A DNA stretch of 64,000 bases from an uncultured Candidatus Saccharibacteria bacterium (GCA_964636285.1 CAZWQF010000002.1:73669-137668), one strand, 5' to 3'; positions 48,830-58,564 are shown, counted from the stretch's first letter. Notes: a model not told the origin generated them from the letters alone. Numbers and translations are program-made.

Positions 48830-48858
48830 ATTATAAGTACAACTATAAGACTAGTCAA
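48830..48858 (-). promoter_or_regulatory. Sigma70 promoter TTGACT-17-TATAAT for the sortase-PBP unit
   Basis: -35 at 48853-48858, -10 at 48830-48835, 17-bp spacer. Confidence 0.75.
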
Positions 48859-48862
48859 TTGG

Positions 48863-50929
48863 TTATTTTATGAGGTATTTTTTGAGGTTTTTAATTGTAT
48901 CCCTGATCTCCGCAGCTCTCTCAAAATCAAGCATTTCAGCCTGATACTTCATGTCCAGTTCCAGGCCTTTAATGTGCTTTTTTAGCTCCTTTGGAGGCAG
49001 ATAGGCGTAATCTATATCCTGTAGCTTTTGCTTCTTTTCCTGCTCCTCCACAACAAGGTCAATTAACCTTTTTCTTATAGGCTTATTAATAGCTATGGGA
49101 GAAAGGCCATGAGATGTGTTGTAGTCGAGCTGGATTTTTCTTCTTCTGTTCACCTCTGAAAGAGCTCTCTTCATGCTATCTGTAACCCTATCGGCGTACA
49201 TAACCACATGTCCATTGATGTGCCTTGCTGCCCTACCCATGATTTGAACCAAGGATGTCTCTGAACGAAGAAACCCTTCTTTATCAGCATCAAGGATTGC
49301 AACAAGTGAAACTTCAGGAAGATCAAGGCCTTCCCTTAAAAGATTGATGCCAACTAAAACATCATACTCACCTTTTCTTAGGTCATCCAAAATATCAGAC
49401 CTTTCAAGAGTTTCAACATCCGAATGTAAATAAGTAACCTTGACCCCTCTTTCCAAAAGGTAAGAAGAAAGCTCTTCTGCCATTCGTTTTGTTAATGTGG
49501 TTACCAGCACCCTTTCTTTTTTCTTAACACATTCCTCTATTCTTCTTTCAAGATCCTGAACCTGACCTTTTGTTGGAAGAACATCTACCAATGGATCTGC
49601 AATACCAGTAGGTCTAATGAGCTGCTCCGCTGTAATACCTGAAGACATACTAATTTCCCATGGAGATGGGGTTGCGCTTGTATAAACTATCTGTGGTGTT
49701 CTTCTTAGAAATTCCTCAAACTGCAAAGGTCGGTTCTCAAGGGCAGAGGGAAGTCTAAATCCATGCTCAACAAGTGTTGATTTTCTAGATCTATCTCCAT
49801 TGTACATTGCTCTAATTTGCGGTGCAGTGATGTGGGATTCATCAATTATTGTCAAAAAATCACCTCTAAAGAAATCAAGAAGCGTATACGGTGCTTCTCC
49901 AGTTTGACGCCCATCAAAGTATTGAGAATAGTTTTCTATGCCCTTGCAATACCCAATCTCTTTAATCATCTCGATATCGTAATTAGTTCTTTGCTCAAGT
50001 CTGTAAGCAACTAACTCTTTCCCTTGAGCTCTTAGCTCTTTGAGCCTAATTGCAAGATCTTCCTCAATTCTTTTAAGAGCCGACTCTCGCCTGTCCTCAG
50101 CTGTTATGTAGTGCTTAGCTGGGAAAATGATTGTAAAATCACCTTCCAGCATCCTATGTTCCAAAAAGTCCTGTTCATTTTGAGTTTGAGATTTTGTATG
50201 ACTTCCCCGTCTTTCCGATGGTAAAGATTTTCTGTCTACTATTATTCCTGTTATAGGATCAAAGTGTTCAATAGTCTCCAGCTTTTCGTCAAAGAAATTT
50301 AATCTAACTGCATAATCCTGATAAGAAGGATAAATATCAACACTCTCTCCACGAACTCTAAAAGTACCTCTTTTAAATTCGAATTCATTTCTTTCGTAAT
50401 AAAGTTGAGTTAGCCTTTTTAAGATATCAACTTGCCTAGCTTTCATACCCGTCTTAAGCTCAAGAGCAACTTTTTCATACTCTGCGGGCGACCCAAGGTT
50501 GTAAATACAAGACACAGAAGCAACAACAATTACGTCCCTTCTTGTTAGAAGCGAATTGGTGGCAGAAAGCCTAAGTTTATCTATCTCCTCATTTATGTCA
50601 GCATCCTTTTCTATGTAAGTGTCAGTTTGAGGAATATAACTTTCTGGTTGGTAGTAGTCATAGTAGCTTACAAAATACTCAACAGCATTTTCTGGGAAAA
50701 AGTCCCTGAATTCTTGATATAACTGTGCAGCCAATGTTTTGTTGTGTGCAATAATTAGAGTAGGCTTTCCAATGTTTCTAATCAGGTTTGCTACTGTAAA
50801 AGTCTTACCTGACCCCGTAGTACCAAGAAGAACCTGATGTTGCTTGCCCGACAATACGCTACTAGTAAGTTTTTCTATTGCTACAGGTTGATCTCCTGTA
50901 GGTTCGTAATTTGCAGCTAGTTTAAACAC
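48863..50929 (-). CDS. uvrB: Excinuclease ABC subunit B
   Basis: GTTGSGKT, YYDYYQPE, DESH, LREGLDLPE, UVR tail. Confidence 0.98.
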   Translation of the reverse strand: MFKLAANYEPTGDQPVAIEKLTSSVLSGKQHQVLLGTTGSGKTFTVANLIRNIGKPTLIIAHNKTLAAQLYQEFRDFFPENAVEYFVSYYDYYQPESYIPQTDTYIEKDADINEEIDKLRLSATNSLLTRRDVIVVASVSCIYNLGSPAEYEKVALELKTGMKARQVDILKRLTQLYYERNEFEFKRGTFRVRGESVDIYPSYQDYAVRLNFFDEKLETIEHFDPITGIIVDRKSLPSERRGSHTKSQTQNEQDFLEHRMLEGDFTIIFPAKHYITAEDRRESALKRIEEDLAIRLKELRAQGKELVAYRLEQRTNYDIEMIKEIGYCKGIENYSQYFDGRQTGEAPYTLLDFFRGDFLTIIDESHITAPQIRAMYNGDRSRKSTLVEHGFRLPSALENRPLQFEEFLRRTPQIVYTSATPSPWEISMSSGITAEQLIRPTGIADPLVDVLPTKGQVQDLERRIEECVKKKERVLVTTLTKRMAEELSSYLLERGVKVTYLHSDVETLERSDILDDLRKGEYDVLVGINLLREGLDLPEVSLVAILDADKEGFLRSETSLVQIMGRAARHINGHVVMYADRVTDSMKRALSEVNRRRKIQLDYNTSHGLSPIAINKPIRKRLIDLVVEEQEKKQKLQDIDYAYLPPKELKKHIKGLELDMKYQAEMLDFERAAEIRDTIKNLKKYLIK

Positions 50930-51026
50930 AAGATAATTCTATCAAATTGAGTTTTAAATGTCTTCGGGTAATTTATGGGTTACGTAAGCTCTTGCTATAG
51001 TAACAATATTCAATACAATAAATCAT

Positions 51027-53135
51027 GTGAAAAAAGATGAGGCAATAGTTCAAGAGACAAATGCACTTAAGGAGCACTTGGAAGATCTTGATTCGTATAT
51101 AATTAAAGAAAATTCTGAATTATCTAAGTTATTCAGTAAATACAGGGATGACATCAAAGAAGCGTCAAGAGAGGCAAAAAGAGATGACGTTATTGAATCT
51201 ATGGGCATTGCCAACAAAGCAATGTCAAGAAAAGCCTACAATCAAAGAAAGGAGTTTGCAGAAAAACTAGAAAAGGTTGCAAAGTCGCCTTACTTTGGAA
51301 GAATTGACGTTAGGATTTTAGAAGACAAGGATCAAAAAACCTACTACATTGGAAAAGTTGGATTTCCAGGTTACAAGGCAAAAAAACAGATTACAGACTG
51401 GAGAGCACCTATTGCGTCGCTTTATTACAATAATCCGTTTGCACAAAAAGATGTGATCTTTGAAACAACCGCGTATAACGCACTTGATACAGATAAACAG
51501 ATTCGCTGCGACCTTAATATTAGAAGGACAATAGATATAGAAAATCGAAACCTTCTCAATGTATATGACGATGACCTAACCTCAGAAATTTCAGAAAAAG
51601 ATGGTTTCCTTGTCTCCAAACTTAAAGTAAAATCAGGTGGTGGGTTAGAAGACATCATTGAAACTATTCAAAAAGACCAGAATCAAATTCTAAGGTACTC
51701 CCCATTCAAAAATGCGATTGTCCAAGGTGTTGCAGGTAGCGGAAAGACTACAATTGCCATTCACAGAATATCTTTTATTTTTTATAACTATAAACAGCAA
51801 GTACTCCCTGCTGAAACTTTGTTTCTTTCAAACTCAAAAGTTTTAGTAAATTATTTATCAAAAAGCCTTCCTGAACTTGATATTTACAATATTAAAAAGG
51901 CCTCAACAGCCGAATTTTTGCATTCGTGTCTGGAGAAAAACCAAATTAAACTTAAAAAACCGGTCAAGCTCTTTTCGTCAAAAAAAGGCTCTCTTGAGCC
52001 GTTCCTCAAAATGAGTGATTTTATAGAAATTCTGGACACAATCTCCAAAGACATAAACTTGGAGTACAGAGAAAGACTTGAAGAGGCGCTTGAAGATCAG
52101 GAAAACGACAGCCTATCAGGCTTTACAGGCTACATACAAAAATTTTCTGATAGGCCTGTGTTTGAATTAATTAATACAATAAACGAAGACCTGAAAGACA
52201 CAAAAGACGAATTGAAAAATGATATTTCATACTCAAAAAAGAACGGGTTAAACTACGATTACAACGTCAGAAAACTTGAAAAAATAAATAGTGCACTCAA
52301 AAAAATATCAAAGCTCATGAGTGAAATAAAGATTGAGGATATTTATAGAGGTATGCTTCAAGAAAAGTATGGCGTAAGGGTTGATGAATACGAGGTCAAC
52401 CACGTCTCTGCAATTTACTACCTAGCACTAAAAGCAGGACTTATAAATAACAGGGACGACTTTAGCCTTGTTTTGGTGGATGAAGCACAAGATTTAAACA
52501 TGCTTAATTTACTCTGCATAAGAAGCTTTTCAAAGAAAAACTGCTTTAACTTTTTTGGAGATCTAAACCAATCAGTAACAAAGAAGACATCAATGCCAAC
52601 ATGGGAAACGGTAACAAAAGTATTTGGACATACAGAAACAAGCATGTTTGAGCTATTTATCAGCTATCGATCATCAAGACAGATAATAGAAAAAGCTGTA
52701 GATGTACTTGCAAGCGCTGGAATCACCAGTAATCTACCAGTTCCTGTCTCAAGAGAATCTGCAGACCCAGTTGAGAAAAAGTTTACCTCACAAAACCAGG
52801 CTTTTATTGAGATTGTAGACACTATTAGAGAGCTTAGGACTCAAAGTAATAAATCAATTGGAATTGTACTTACAGACGATGTTGATAAGGAGCATCTAAA
52901 AGAGTTGCTCATAAAGTCCGGGATCGAATCTGATACTGTTTCGGATCACTTTGATAACTTCAAAAAAGACGGGGTTTTTATAGTTCCATTAAGACTTGTT
53001 AAAGGACTTGAATTTGATACCGTGATAGCACTTAATTTTAATTCGGAAGACTTTGCAGACAAGATTGAAGGACCTTATAAGAAATTTGTTGTGATCACAA
53101 GAGCAATGAGCAACCTTTTCCTTTACTCTCTATAG
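51027..53135 (+). CDS. helD: HelD-like SF1 helicase-family ATPase
   Basis: PYFGRID, YIG, DWRAPIASLYY, TIQ.DQ, GVAGSGKT..A.HR, DEAQD, KGLEFD. Confidence 0.82.
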   Translation: MKKDEAIVQETNALKEHLEDLDSYIIKENSELSKLFSKYRDDIKEASREAKRDDVIESMGIANKAMSRKAYNQRKEFAEKLEKVAKSPYFGRIDVRILEDKDQKTYYIGKVGFPGYKAKKQITDWRAPIASLYYNNPFAQKDVIFETTAYNALDTDKQIRCDLNIRRTIDIENRNLLNVYDDDLTSEISEKDGFLVSKLKVKSGGGLEDIIETIQKDQNQILRYSPFKNAIVQGVAGSGKTTIAIHRISFIFYNYKQQVLPAETLFLSNSKVLVNYLSKSLPELDIYNIKKASTAEFLHSCLEKNQIKLKKPVKLFSSKKGSLEPFLKMSDFIEILDTISKDINLEYRERLEEALEDQENDSLSGFTGYIQKFSDRPVFELINTINEDLKDTKDELKNDISYSKKNGLNYDYNVRKLEKINSALKKISKLMSEIKIEDIYRGMLQEKYGVRVDEYEVNHVSAIYYLALKAGLINNRDDFSLVLVDEAQDLNMLNLLCIRSFSKKNCFNFFGDLNQSVTKKTSMPTWETVTKVFGHTETSMFELFISYRSSRQIIEKAVDVLASAGITSNLPVPVSRESADPVEKKFTSQNQAFIEIVDTIRELRTQSNKSIGIVLTDDVDKEHLKELLIKSGIESDTVSDHFDNFKKDGVFIVPLRLVKGLEFDTVIALNFNSEDFADKIEGPYKKFVVITRAMSNLFLYSL

Positions 53136-54325
53136 CAATAACCTTTATTCTCAACTGCAATTAAGTTATTTGGATTCACCCAGTAGCTTGAAAGTTTTAA
53201 CTTTAGCTCAGTCATTGTACTATCAATTTTTGATGCATCCACAGTTTTAGCAATTGCGGCTCTTCCAATAATCTTGTTTTTATTCATCAGAAGTTGTCTT
53301 AAAATTCTCCTCTCAGCTTCAGAAAGTTTCATTGCAACCTCATGGCCATTTATCTTCACTTTTTCGTTTTCAAAATCTACTGCAACTTGTCTCTTCATTG
53401 ATTTTTCAACCCCAACACTTCTCAAAAGACCTACAGAGATTTTATATGTTCCTTTGATCTCAGTAAGAACTCCAAGGCTAATTAAGTGCTTAAGGTCATG
53501 CTCAAGCTCTTTATCTACCTCTTTTACACCCCATACAATTTGGGATAAAAGCTTAATTTCAGACTCACTAAACGAGTCCCACATCTTTGCAACTTCTTTT
53601 TTTAAATGTAAGTTGTCATGAATGTATTTATCTATATTTTTTCTCTCCCTTGGCGAAAGATTATTTTTTAAATCCATTGCAATGCTAAAAAATGAGTCCA
53701 CGCCGCCAGTAAGTTCATATATGATTTTGAAGATTTTTGGTGAAACTCCTTTTTCTATAGATTTGAGGTATTTTTCATCTTTGGATGGGAAATAAAGGAT
53801 ATTTTCATAAATGTGAGGAGATCTACTAAACTGGCTTACATTTTCAGGATGGAATACATTAGTTTTTGTGAGGTATATGAACGAACACTTCTCGTTTGAT
53901 GCTTTAATAGATTCGTTTTTTAAGAGGATCTCCTTTGTATGCTCGCCCATAAGATCAAAGTCTTCAAAGAAGAATGCAATAACAAAATTTTTTGAGGCTA
54001 ACTCAATGACACTAGTATTAATTGCGTTATGAATATCCTCAATATTGGTTTCAAGCATTTCAACCTTATTTGAAAGCTTTTTCTCAAGAAGTGTTCTTTT
54101 TATTGAAAGTAGCATAGATTTATATAGATTATAGGGTGTCTTATTCTGGATATAAGAAACATCAATATACACTGGTATAATACTCTTTTTAAGAAGCAAG
54201 TCAGAGTGCATATTTCTAAAGAAAATAGGATAATTAGTGCCTATGCACACCTGACATGAAGCGCTTTTTCCGCCATATATAAGTTCCAACAACTGTTTTT
54301 TCTGGTCGTCCCAATGCTTATACAT
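53123..54325 (-). CDS. Degenerate P-loop/AAA-like protein with an OmpR-type winged-helix C-terminus
   Basis: FFFEDFD (Walker B-like), LTGG, C-terminal LSEAERRIL..L...R...L.AV..KGY; no intact Walker A. Confidence 0.55.
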   Translation of the reverse strand: MYKHWDDQKKQLLELIYGGKSASCQVCIGTNYPIFFRNMHSDLLLKKSIIPVYIDVSYIQNKTPYNLYKSMLLSIKRTLLEKKLSNKVEMLETNIEDIHNAINTSVIELASKNFVIAFFFEDFDLMGEHTKEILLKNESIKASNEKCSFIYLTKTNVFHPENVSQFSRSPHIYENILYFPSKDEKYLKSIEKGVSPKIFKIIYELTGGVDSFFSIAMDLKNNLSPRERKNIDKYIHDNLHLKKEVAKMWDSFSESEIKLLSQIVWGVKEVDKELEHDLKHLISLGVLTEIKGTYKISVGLLRSVGVEKSMKRQVAVDFENEKVKINGHEVAMKLSEAERRILRQLLMNKNKIIGRAAIAKTVDASKIDSTMTELKLKLSSYWVNPNNLIAVENKGYCYRE

Positions 54326-54419
54326 AAGTACGAGGATTGTAGCATACTAGATAGTAATTTGGCAAGCTATAGGTTATTTTGATGGTTACGAAGACTTAAT
54401 TGCCGTAACTGAGGGAATC

Positions 54420-54448
54420 TTGACACTTCGTGTTTGCTTCGGTATACT
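54420..54448 (+). promoter_or_regulatory. lexA promoter TTGACA-17-TATACT with a candidate LexA box in the spacer
   Basis: -35 at 54420-54425, -10 at 54443-54448; TTCGT-N6-TTCGG at 54427-54442; ATG 6 nt downstream. Confidence 0.8.
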
Positions 54449-54454
54449 CAAAGT

Positions 54455-55075
54455 ATGCCCGTAACTTTATATAAAAAACAAAAACAAATACTAGATTTCA
54501 TCTCCCAATATATTCAAAAATCAGGGTATTCCCCTACCCTTCAAGAAATCGCAAGCGCAATGAGCCTATCATCGCTAGCTACGGTTCATGAGCACCTTCA
54601 GGCCTTGGTAAAAAAAGGCGTAATTAAAAGATTCGAAGGAGCTGTTCGAGGAATCGAATTAGTAGATGAAACCATTGCAGCCACTCTTAATGGAGTAGAA
54701 CTTCCCTTAATAGGATATATCGCTGCAGGTAAACCGATTGAAGCAATAGAAAACCAAACTGAAACAGTTCTTGTAAATCAGGACTTGGTCTCTAAGACTA
54801 GAAGATGCTTTGTTCTACAGGTCAAAGGCGAATCGATGATTGACGAGGGGATTTTACATGGAGACTACGTTGTAGTTGCCCAAACAGATAAGGCGGAAAA
54901 TGGTCAGATTGTTGTAGCTTTGATTGACGGTGAGTTTGCCACACTTAAAAAATTCTATAAAGAGAAAGACCGAATCAGACTGGAACCAGCAAACCCTAAT
55001 ATGCAGCCTATCTATGCAAAAAATGTTGAGGTGCAGGGAATTGTAACAGGAGTAATTAGAAGGTATGTTAAGTAA
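54455..55075 (+). CDS. lexA: SOS repressor LexA
   Basis: YSPTLQEI wHTH, IAAG cleavage site, GESM (Ser), TLKK (Lys). Confidence 0.96.
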   Translation: MPVTLYKKQKQILDFISQYIQKSGYSPTLQEIASAMSLSSLATVHEHLQALVKKGVIKRFEGAVRGIELVDETIAATLNGVELPLIGYIAAGKPIEAIENQTETVLVNQDLVSKTRRCFVLQVKGESMIDEGILHGDYVVVAQTDKAENGQIVVALIDGEFATLKKFYKEKDRIRLEPANPNMQPIYAKNVEVQGIVTGVIRRYVK

Positions 55076-55077
55076 TG

Positions 55078-55115
55078 AAAAGTAAGCGGCGCTGCCATAA
55101 AAACGACAGCGCCAC
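55078..55115 (-). terminator. Intrinsic terminator between convergent genes
   Basis: Minus strand GTGGCGCTGTC/GGCAGCGCCGC stem (with GU pairs) followed by TTACTTTT. Confidence 0.65.
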
Positions 55116-55151
55116 ATTGAACTCTCTAACCCTCATTTCGCACTTAGTAAA

Positions 55152-55751
55152 CTAGGGGTCTACGTATCCAAATTCGTATTGGTCGGGACTAGTTCTTTTC
55201 AAAGTGCAGAACGAGATCACCACCTCCCCGCTCACACTCCTCACCCAAAAACTGTAGCCTTCCTCCTCAGACCTATAAACTGTTACTGGTTGTCCTGGGA
55301 CAGGATCTTCATAAACACACACATGATCCTGTGTGATGTAGCCGTACATTTCAGACCTAAGCCAAATAATTGTGTCGTTTGGTGTTGAGAAAGCACCTGG
55401 CTGACACACAACCCCAGACTCTATTGAATCTACAACTACAGTGACTTGTTCGTTGTAGGCTGTTTTGAAAGAAAACCAAAATCCCGGAACAACAGGGACA
55501 AAAGATTCCTTCCAATGCTGCCCAAATAGTCTCCCAGATGCCTTAGTTGGAGTTGGCTCCGGAGTACGGAACACGAACTGCACAAGTCCAGCCTCCTGGG
55601 GAGTGCTAATAGGATGGGGTCTTGCCACGAGGTCATTGTACAGAGAAACCCCAACAATCATGAGAATGAACGGGCTAGCAATCACCAACATCAATAGGAC
55701 TCCAAACAGGGTGTCCAACAATCGGTTCCGAATGGCCGGTCGGTGTAACAT
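55152..55751 (-). CDS. Hypothetical membrane-anchored protein
   Basis: GGAGG SD, N-terminal TM, PEPTPT linker. Confidence 0.6.
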   Translation of the reverse strand: MLHRPAIRNRLLDTLFGVLLMLVIASPFILMIVGVSLYNDLVARPHPISTPQEAGLVQFVFRTPEPTPTKASGRLFGQHWKESFVPVVPGFWFSFKTAYNEQVTVVVDSIESGVVCQPGAFSTPNDTIIWLRSEMYGYITQDHVCVYEDPVPGQPVTVYRSEEEGYSFWVRSVSGEVVISFCTLKRTSPDQYEFGYVDP

Positions 55752-55808
55752 CTCAGCCTCCCTTTCTTTTCACTTAGTTTTTCTTTAATATAGCAAGGAA
55801 GGAGTTTT

Positions 55809-56624
55809 ATGCAAATCGATGGATTTTCACAAGAACAAATTGAAATAGCAATTAAAGAAGTTTCAAAAAAGGATCTAGTAAAGCCTTTACCAAAGGCCAA
55901 CGATCATTCAAAACCAACACTTTACATTTTCAGGCATGGCCAGTCAGAAGATAACAAAGAATTTCTGTTTTCTGGTTGGAGAAACCCAAACATCTCTGAC
56001 CTTGGTAGAGAGCAAGCAGAAACACTAGCAGATAAACTTGCAGACGCACACTTTGACCTTGCTATTAGCTCAAACTTAAACAGGGCAAGGCAAACACTTG
56101 AAATTGTCCTAGCAAAGAATAAAAGCTGGAGCAACAATAAATTTCCTACAACAACCGATAAGTACCAGGATGAAGTGTTAACAATGCATTTAGCAAAGCT
56201 TGGTAACATTGAATCAGCGTATCCTAAGCCCAACTCCACGCCTGATGACAAAAAATATAAGAACCTGCAAGAAATTGTGAAGATTGTACTAGACGATAGA
56301 GTCATTGAAAGATCATACGGAGATCTTCAAGGTACTAGCAAAGTGGAACTGCACCTAAAAGACCCAGCATCGGAGGACAAATATAGAAGGGGTTACGACT
56401 CCACTGCTACCAATGGAGAGAGTCTTAAAATGGTTGAGATCAGAGCAAAGTTGTTCCTTGATGAGCTACTTCCATACATGAAGGAAAAGGGAATTAGTGT
56501 TGTAGTCTCATGCCATTCAAATTCAATGAGGGCTGTAAGAAGGTTTATGGAAAACCTCACTATTGAAGAGATGTGCAGGTTGGAAAATCCAACTGGAGTT
56601 GACTATGCCTCATATAACATTTGA
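55809..56624 (+). CDS. gpmA: Histidine phosphatase family, probable cofactor-dependent phosphoglycerate mutase
   Basis: FRHGQS, FSGW, ERSYGDLQG, GESL, HSNSMRA, PTG. Confidence 0.8.
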   Translation: MQIDGFSQEQIEIAIKEVSKKDLVKPLPKANDHSKPTLYIFRHGQSEDNKEFLFSGWRNPNISDLGREQAETLADKLADAHFDLAISSNLNRARQTLEIVLAKNKSWSNNKFPTTTDKYQDEVLTMHLAKLGNIESAYPKPNSTPDDKKYKNLQEIVKIVLDDRVIERSYGDLQGTSKVELHLKDPASEDKYRRGYDSTATNGESLKMVEIRAKLFLDELLPYMKEKGISVVVSCHSNSMRAVRRFMENLTIEEMCRLENPTGVDYASYNI

Positions 56625-56640
56625 GGGTCTTGTCACATTA

Positions 56641-57331
56641 ATGCAAACTGACGAACTTTGGTATCAAAAAGTTCACATAGTGCAAGAAGAAATCTCCAAG
56701 CTAAAAAAACAAGAGGGAAAAGAGAAGTTTAAAAAACATCCTCTTAAAAGCTACTAAATACTGTATAAAAAATAAGACTTTGAGAATTGGAAAGCCTATT
56801 TACAACTGGGATAAGTGGCGACTCCCAATCGATACTGTTGTCATTCACCACTCTTCATCATCACCTACAATTTCTGAAATTGAAATATCAGCAGTGCACC
56901 TACTTAACTTGTACATAAAGCAGTTCATGACTGACGAGGATGTTAAAAACACGGCAATCTATTCAGGTCACTACCCTCCAGGAGCAAATACTGACACCAA
57001 AAACATGACTTTTGCGTCATACCACTACCTAATAAGACCGAATGGAAAAGTGATTGAACTCAACCATAAAAGTGCATTCCTGTGGCATGCTGGAAACCTA
57101 GACATAAATAGAAGAAGTGTGGGGATAGTTTTTGCTGGAAAATTCACAGGAAATAAAAGGCCAACTGAAAAAGCTATTGAATCTTTCAAAAAACTAAAGT
57201 CTCAAGAATTCAAAAACATTGAAGCAGAAAGAATTTTTGGACACTGCGAAGTAATTAAAAAAGAAATACTAGGTACAACAGAATGCCCAGGCGAATCGCT
57301 TGCTATGTGGAAGAAATACCTATTAAGCTAG
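56641..57331 (+). CDS. Amidase_2/PGRP-like protein, apparently split by a +1 frameshift near 56731-56736
   Basis: VIHHS, YHY, WHAG, GH, CPG motifs in 56780..57331; upstream ORF 56641..56757 is in the adjacent frame. Confidence 0.7.
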
Positions 57332-58557
57332 TAGCCTAGCATCCCATTAATCTCCCCGTAAATTTGAATGAGCCTGTTATACTTTGCAACTCTTTCATGC
57401 GAAGGAGCACCGGCCTTTAAGTAATCCGCATTAACACCCACTGCAAAATCAGAAATAAAAGTATCAACAGCGGATTCACCACTTCTATGAGAAATTATTG
57501 TGAACATACCTGCCTCTTTGGCTTTCTTAACAAAGTCATAAGTTTCGGATATTGACCCGATTTGATTCGGTTTAACAATAACTGCATTACAGGCTTTGTT
57601 ATCAATGGCCATTTTTAGTCTGGCAACATTCGTAACTGCAAGGTCATCACCAACAACTAACAGGGAGTCATGGTATTTCTCGCAGTACCTAGCCCAGGAC
57701 CAAAAATCATCTTCATTAAATACGTCCTCGGTATAGATGACAGGGTACTTTGGGAATGTGGAATCATAGTACTCCTCAAGCTTTTCTGGGGTCATCTCAA
57801 GCTTCTCCTCGGGGATTTTATACTTCCCATCTTCATAAAAGGAGTTGCTTGCAACATCCATCCCAAGAAACATCTCATCACCAGGCTTTAACCCACTCTT
57901 TTTTATTGCTTCAAGGATCATGTCTAAAGCTTTTTTAGTGGTAAGACCTTTAGGGGCAAATCCCCCTTCGTCTCCAACTTCGGTATCAAATCCGTTATCG
58001 GCTAAGATTTTTTTGAGAGTTTTATACACAAGGGCTCCACTTTCAACAGACTTGAGGTAATCAACCCTTCTGGCAGGAATTGCCATAAATTCTTGAAACG
58101 AAAGATTGTTCCTGCAGTGTTTACCACCATTAATGATGTTAAATACTGGCGTGGGAATTCCCATCTCTTTTGTTCCAAAAAGCTCATGAATGTACTGATA
58201 AAGCGGGATTTTCTTACTTACAGCAGACGCACTGGCTGCAGCAATTGAAACCGAAAGGATCGAATTTGCCCCAAAGTTTTTCTTGTCTGGAGTACCATCC
58301 ATATCAATCATTTTTTGATCAAGGTCCTGTTGCTTTGAAGCATCAAAACCCTTAAGCTCTGAGCTTAATTTATCATTTATGATTTGGACGGCTTTTTCCG
58401 GAGCAATTGATACTGCCTCATACCCACCAGTTGAAGCACCCTCGGGGACTTCAGTGACCCCGAGGGAACCATCTTCCAGTTTTACAGAAGTATGTAGTGT
58501 CCAGTTTCCTCTTGAATTAAGTACTTTATGTGCGTATATCTTCTCAATCTTTGCCAT
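57328..58557 (-). CDS. eno: Enolase
   Basis: SRGN, GASTG, NGG.H, GDEGG, VGDDL, SHRSGE; start ATG 58557. Confidence 0.95.
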   Translation of the reverse strand: MAKIEKIYAHKVLNSRGNWTLHTSVKLEDGSLGVTEVPEGASTGGYEAVSIAPEKAVQIINDKLSSELKGFDASKQQDLDQKMIDMDGTPDKKNFGANSILSVSIAAASASAVSKKIPLYQYIHELFGTKEMGIPTPVFNIINGGKHCRNNLSFQEFMAIPARRVDYLKSVESGALVYKTLKKILADNGFDTEVGDEGGFAPKGLTTKKALDMILEAIKKSGLKPGDEMFLGMDVASNSFYEDGKYKIPEEKLEMTPEKLEEYYDSTFPKYPVIYTEDVFNEDDFWSWARYCEKYHDSLLVVGDDLAVTNVARLKMAIDNKACNAVIVKPNQIGSISETYDFVKKAKEAGMFTIISHRSGESAVDTFISDFAVGVNADYLKAGAPSHERVAKYNRLIQIYGEINGMLGY

Positions 58558-58564
58558 AAAGCCC

